From Candidatus Izemoplasmatales bacterium (GTDB lineage: Bacteria > Bacillota_I > Bacilli_A > Izemoplasmatales > Hujiaoplasmataceae), in assembly GCA_050949045.1 (NCBI GenBank), contig JBMNEZ010000001.1, positions 640,001-704,000 of the forward strand: DNA of 64,000 bases. Reading direction: 5' to 3'. This document shows, piece by piece, positions 57,884-64,000 of the stretch. Under the pieces are notes generated by a model, which was not told where the DNA came from, made no database searches, and saw only the letters and a list, made by a program, of their open reading frames with translations. The first letter of the stretch is position 1; every line of letters begins with the position of its first letter. A program made the translations under genes and the position numbers.

Positions 57884-59074
57884 CTTTTTGAATCGCTCTT
57901 TTAGCCAAGATGGAATCTGGATATCGTCCTCAGGTTCGGATTCCGGTTTGGCGATCGGGATCTGATCCCTGCCTGCCTTCAATTTCTTCCTTTGTTCCTT
58001 TTTCTCCTGTCTGGTCAGTTTTTGATACGCCGGTTCATTCTGATCATATCCTTTTAAAGGACCCTCAACAGCTTCCGGCATCTCGCTCGCCTTTTCAAGG
58101 GTGTATTCCTTGAACAGGGGATCTTCGCTGAATCCCGTGGCGATAACTGTTACGATGATTTCGTCATCGAGATCGGAATTGATTGCCGATCCATAGATGA
58201 CATTGATATCTGTTGTGGAAGATTTTTGGATCTCCTCAATAATCTCGTTGATCTCGTATAGCGAGGCATTAAACCCGGACGTGATATTGACAATCGCGTC
58301 GGTCGCACCGTTGATCGAGGTTTCAAGCAAAGGACTCCTGATTGCCGCGCGGGCGGCTTCAATCGCGCGATTTTCTCCGCTGGCGATGCCGATGCCCATA
58401 AGAGCGGTGCCTTTGTCCTTCATAACCGTCTTGACATCAGCGAAGTCCACGTTGACAACTCCGGGAACGGCAATGATCTCGGTGATACCTTGGACACCTT
58501 GGCGAAGAACGTTGTCGGCTTCCCTGAAGGCATCAAGATAGGGGGTGTTTTTATCGACAATATACAGTAGTTTGTCATTGGGAATAGCGATAAGGGTATC
58601 GACATAAGGCTTGAGTTCCTCAAGCCCTTGAATCGCAACGCTCATCCGCTTACGGCCTTCGAAGCCAAAGGGTTTAGTGACGATACCGATCGTCAGGCAA
58701 CCCATTTCTCTGGCGATGCGAGCGATGACGGGTGCGGCTCCGGTTCCGGTTCCACCACCCATTCCGGCAGTGATGAACACCATGTCAGTATCAGCGAGGA
58801 TATCCCGGATCTCGTCTTCCGACTCCAAAGCGGCCTGACGGCCGATTTCGGGGCTGGCACCGGCACCAAGGCCTCTTGTGAGCATCTTCCCAAGTTGAAG
58901 CCGGACGTCGGCTTTGGACAGTTTCAAAACTTGGGCGTCGGTATTCATGCTGACAAATTCGACTCCCTGAACATCGTTCTCGATCATTCGGTTGATCGCT
59001 GAGCCGCCACCGCCACCGACACCGATGACCTTGATATTCGGTTTTTGGTTGAATTTTTCATTAGCGTCAAACAT
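57881..59074 (-). CDS. ftsZ: Cell division protein FtsZ
   Basis: [14 protein letters not shown] tubulin signature, NVDFAD, C-terminal DIQIPSWL. Confidence 0.99.
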   Translation of the reverse strand: MFDANEKFNQKPNIKVIGVGGGGGSAINRMIENDVQGVEFVSMNTDAQVLKLSKADVRLQLGKMLTRGLGAGASPEIGRQAALESEDEIRDILADTDMVFITAGMGGGTGTGAAPVIARIAREMGCLTIGIVTKPFGFEGRKRMSVAIQGLEELKPYVDTLIAIPNDKLLYIVDKNTPYLDAFREADNVLRQGVQGITEIIAVPGVVNVDFADVKTVMKDKGTALMGIGIASGENRAIEAARAAIRSPLLETSINGATDAIVNITSGFNASLYEINEIIEEIQKSSTTDINVIYGSAINSDLDDEIIVTVIATGFSEDPLFKEYTLEKASEMPEAVEGPLKGYDQNEPAYQKLTRQEKKEQRKKLKAGRDQIPIAKPESEPEDDIQIPSWLKERFKK

Positions 59075-59219
59075 ACTTTCCCCCCGGTTCGGTTAATCCC
59101 GTAAACATCTTTGTCATTAATAACAGATATTCAAATATTTCAAGCATATTATATAGGGAAGGTGCTGATTTTTCAATATCAATCGTGTTATTTTCGCCAG
59201 ATATGGAAATCCTCACAAG

Positions 59220-60940
<1,721 letters not shown>

Positions 60941-61112
60941 AGATTCCTCCTATTGTTAACATAAATGCCCATTAATGATTTTACTATATATAGCGCTTCT
61001 TTCAAAATCAATTGCGTATTTTTTCTTGAATTAGTCTGTCGATTTGCTATAATTAAAGCGCATTCTTAGCCAGACATGACTATTTTGCCTGAAAAGAAGG
61101 GGGCTTTCCAGT

Positions 61113-61787
61113 ATGAACGAATTGCTATGGTTTGGCTTTGCGATTCTCAACTTTTTGCTCTTTCTGGCAATATACAGGTTGTTTGGGAAAATCGGTATCA
61201 TCGCCTGGATCGCGATCGGAACCATTCTTGCCAATATTCAGGTTACGAAGTCAATCACCGTCTTCGGGCTGCACGCCACGATGGGAAATATCATGTACGG
61301 AACCGTTTCTCTCGCTACCGATGCTCTCAATGAACTGTATGACAAGCGCGTGGCGACCAAAGCGGTTTTACTGGGGTTCTTTGCACTTTGTGCCACATTG
61401 ATCATCATGCAGGTGGCGCTTCTTTTCCAACCAAACGCTGAGGATATCAGCCAAGATTCGCTTAAAACGATTTTTGGTTTCTTTCCGAGAATTGTCTTGG
61501 GTAGCCTGACTGCCTATATCGTGTCTCAGTGTTTCGACATCTATTTGTTCCAGAAGATTAGAGAAAAACTGCCGGCAGACAAGCACTTATGGATCAGAAA
61601 CAAGGGATCGACATTCGTGAGTCAACTTGTCGATACGATCATCTTCGTACTCATAGCCTTTCTCGGCGTATATTCTTTCCCGGTTGTTTTTCAAATCATC
61701 TTGTCGACATACCTGGTTAAAGCGATTGTGGCCGTGATGGATACGCCGTTCTTATATCTGATCAAGCGAATCAAACCCCTAGAATGA
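61113..61787 (+). CDS. yhhQ: Queuosine precursor transporter (YhhQ/VUT family)
   Basis: ILANIQVTK, TDALNELY, RIVLGSLTAYIVSQ, WIRNKGSTFVSQLVDT, DTPFLY motifs; lies between queA and tgt; promoter TTGAAT-16-TATAAT upstream. Confidence 0.9.
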   Translation: MNELLWFGFAILNFLLFLAIYRLFGKIGIIAWIAIGTILANIQVTKSITVFGLHATMGNIMYGTVSLATDALNELYDKRVATKAVLLGFFALCATLIIMQVALLFQPNAEDISQDSLKTIFGFFPRIVLGSLTAYIVSQCFDIYLFQKIREKLPADKHLWIRNKGSTFVSQLVDTIIFVLIAFLGVYSFPVVFQIILSTYLVKAIVAVMDTPFLYLIKRIKPLE

Positions 61788-61794
61788 ACGATCA

Positions 61795-61814
61795 AGGCCG
61801 TCAGGCCTTTTTTA
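61795..61814. terminator. Terminator between convergent yhhQ and queA
   Basis: AAGGCC-gtca-GGCCTT followed by T-run. Confidence 0.65.
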
Positions 61815-62837
61815 TTTCAAAAACATAGCATCTCCGAAGGAAAAAAACCGATACTTTTCTCTTATTGCCTCTTGGTAGGCGTTCATGATGAGCTCCCTTG
61901 ATGTAAAAGCACTAACCAGCATCAACAGGCTTGACTTCGGCAAGTGAAAATTGGTAATCAAACCGTCAATCGCCAAAAACTGGAACCCAGGATAGATGAA
62001 GATGTCGGTCATACCAGAATCGGCTTTGAAGCACCCATATTTATGGAAGTTCGCTTCAAGGACACGGGTCGAAGTCGTACCGACGGCGATGATTCGCCGT
62101 TTTGTTTCCTTTGCCCTGTTCAAGGCTCGAGCGACAGCATCAGGCATGACAAAAGTTTCGCTATGCATGACATGCTTGGTAAGATCCTCGGTTTGTACCG
62201 GACGGAAAGTCCCCAAGCCAACATGCAAGGTCAAATACAGAATATCAACACCCATATTTTGCAGGTTTTTCAATAAGTCTTCTGTAAAATGAAACCCGGC
62301 GGTGGGTGCGGCAGCGCTGCCATCGACTTTTGCGTAAACAGTCTGATACTGCTCACGATCGGATATTTTTTGATGAATGTATGGAGGTAGCGGCATTTCT
62401 CCCAGTTGATCGAGGATTTCGAGAAAAACTCCGCGGTAGATCATCCTCATGATCCTGATTCCCTCTTCGCGCACGCCCACACATTCCGCCAATAACATCC
62501 CCTCACCAAATGAAACAATGGTGCCTTCCATAACCCTCCGGGCAGGTTTGACAAGCGTTTCCCAATTATCCGCTTCTAGCTGCCTGAGCAAAAGGATTTC
62601 AATCCCGGCTCCGGTTTCAAGTTTGTTTCCGAGCAGCCGTGCCGGGATCACTCTGGTATTGTTAAGAACCAGCGTATCTCCCGGTTTAAGATGATTGCCC
62701 AAATTGAAAAACCGATCATGCTCAAGAGAGTTTGATCGGCAGTCAAAAACGAGTAGTCGCGAATCCGAACGGTTTTTCAGCGGCTTCTGGGCAATCAATG
62801 ACTCTGGAAGAGGATAATTAAAGTCACTGGTTTTCAT
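61812..62837 (-). CDS. queA: S-adenosylmethionine:tRNA ribosyltransferase-isomerase
   Basis: PLPPYI, YQTVYA, AAPTAG, TLHVGLGTFRPV, TNFHLPKS, YRFFSFGDAM motifs. Confidence 0.98.
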   Translation of the reverse strand: MKTSDFNYPLPESLIAQKPLKNRSDSRLLVFDCRSNSLEHDRFFNLGNHLKPGDTLVLNNTRVIPARLLGNKLETGAGIEILLLRQLEADNWETLVKPARRVMEGTIVSFGEGMLLAECVGVREEGIRIMRMIYRGVFLEILDQLGEMPLPPYIHQKISDREQYQTVYAKVDGSAAAPTAGFHFTEDLLKNLQNMGVDILYLTLHVGLGTFRPVQTEDLTKHVMHSETFVMPDAVARALNRAKETKRRIIAVGTTSTRVLEANFHKYGCFKADSGMTDIFIYPGFQFLAIDGLITNFHLPKSSLLMLVSAFTSRELIMNAYQEAIREKYRFFSFGDAMFLK

Positions 62838-63841
62838 TAAAACAGACTCCCTTGATATCCCTTTTTCAGATGCTGGTATGCCTTTTCCGTGACAACGCGC
62901 CCTCTGGGAGTCCGCGACAGATAACCTTGCTGGATCAAATAAGGCTCATAGACATCCTCCAAAGTGAGCGGGTCTTCGCTGATCGATGTGGCAATCGTCT
63001 CAAGTCCAACCGGCCCGCCCCGATATTTGTCGATGATTGTAGTAAGATACTCCCGGTCCTTTCGATCAAGACCGTTTTCATCGATTTTCAATTTTTCCAA
63101 CGCTTTTTTTGTGATGTCGAGAGTGATCTCCCCATCACCGAGAATATCCGCAAAATCACGAACCCTGCGAAACAGACGGTTGACAATCCGCGGAGTCCCC
63201 CGACTTCTCTTTGCCAGTTCGTTTACCGCTAGCGGATCAATTGTGCAGTCATAGATGCCGGCAGTTCTTCTGCAAATCGTCTCAAGATCATTGATCTCAT
63301 AAAAATCAAGACGGTGAACAATGCCGAAACGTTCCCGGAGCGGTCCGGAAAGATCACCGAACCTTGTCGTCGCTCCAACAAGGGTAAATGGCGGTAAATC
63401 AACACGTATTGACTTTGCGCCGGTGTCTTTTCCGACGACGATGTCGATCACAAAATCTTCCATGGAGGAATATAGGATTTCTTCGACGATCCGCGGGAGT
63501 CGATGGATTTCGTCAATAAAGAGGACGTCACCTGGTTCAAGAGATGAGAGGATAGCCGCAAGATCTCCTGTTCTCTCGATCGTCGGGCCGCTACAAACCT
63601 TGATGGACACGCCTAGTTCATGAGCGATGACCGATGCCAAAGTGGTCTTTCCAAGTCCGGGTGGTCCGTAAAGAAGTACATGATCAAGTGATTCCTCGCG
63701 TTTTTTGGCTGCTTGAACCGCAATCATGATCATGTCCTTGACGGATTGTTGACCGATGAATTCCAAAAACGATTGCGGTCTTAACGTAATTTCGATTTCA
63801 TCGTCCACCAGCAAGTTATTTGCTACAATCCGTTTGTCCAT
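62837..63841 (-). CDS. ruvB: Holliday junction branch migration ATPase RuvB
   Basis: [34 protein letters not shown] motifs; GAGGTG RBS before MDKRI. Confidence 0.98.
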   Translation of the reverse strand: MDKRIVANNLLVDDEIEITLRPQSFLEFIGQQSVKDMIMIAVQAAKKREESLDHVLLYGPPGLGKTTLASVIAHELGVSIKVCSGPTIERTGDLAAILSSLEPGDVLFIDEIHRLPRIVEEILYSSMEDFVIDIVVGKDTGAKSIRVDLPPFTLVGATTRFGDLSGPLRERFGIVHRLDFYEINDLETICRRTAGIYDCTIDPLAVNELAKRSRGTPRIVNRLFRRVRDFADILGDGEITLDITKKALEKLKIDENGLDRKDREYLTTIIDKYRGGPVGLETIATSISEDPLTLEDVYEPYLIQQGYLSRTPRGRVVTEKAYQHLKKGYQGSLF

Positions 63842-63969
63842 TAACAACACCTCGACACTATTATATCAAATATCGTGGGTTTTTACAGGGAATAATTTGC
63901 TTGCTTTTCTTGAATTATACGTTGTGCTGTATTATAATAAAAACAAGTAATCTATTGGGAGGTGGAAAA

Positions 63970-64000
63970 ATGGCAAAACACCGCGATATCATTTCATATT
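63970..64000 (+). CDS. Start of a divergent CDS truncated by window edge (MAKHRDIISY; possibly YtoI-like DRTGG/CBS protein)
   Basis: GGAGGTG RBS and TTGAAT-17-TATAAT promoter upstream; only 10 codons visible, so product is a guess. Confidence 0.5.
   Translation, partial: MAKHRDIISY

Noticed and set aside
61055..61112. preQ1 riboswitch upstream of yhhQ
   Set aside because: The short leader lacks the GGTTC core and A-rich tail of class I and does not resemble class II by eye; an Rfam scan would be needed to exclude variants.

Overview
Mostly core-genome window of a Bacilli-lineage bacterium using genetic code 11 (TGA acts as stop). An Izemoplasmatales/Acholeplasmatales-like wall-less organism is my inference from gene content and from a division cluster with no peptidoglycan genes or ftsA beside ftsZ. 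Nearly all genes are on the minus strand. Contents: RNase J2-like (partial), recU, htpG with a CIRCE operator, thiT with a TPP riboswitch, pdp, tRNA-Ala(GGC), a 5'-nucleotidase lipoprotein, GH2/GH36 galactosidases, thyA-dfrA-plsC-chrA-chrA, ssb, lemA, glpK, radC/folC/valS and ileS with T-boxes, M16 peptidases, deoC/deoD, ftsZ-mgtE-mgtE-yhbY-surE-yggS-sepF-yggT, and ruvB-queA/yhhQ/pduL-tgt. The stand-out element is at 8.8-22.4 kb: two tandem, independently transcribed paralogous genes for giant acidic membrane-anchored proteins (about 1412 and 2713 aa). Each has a CvpA-like multi-TM N-terminus followed by about 10 versus about 24 copies of an ~85-95 aa repeat I do not recognise. The larger gene has recent internal 258-bp and 549-bp duplications, the two genes share ~1 kb of near-identical 3' end including the terminator, and a trypsin-like lipoprotein protease lies divergently upstream. 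A second notable item is an orphan RsgI/SEAL-like lipoprotein behind a 14-bp RBS-sequestering hairpin. No mobile elements, CRISPR arrays or reverse transcriptase were seen. All family calls are from motif recognition by eye; no database searches were run.
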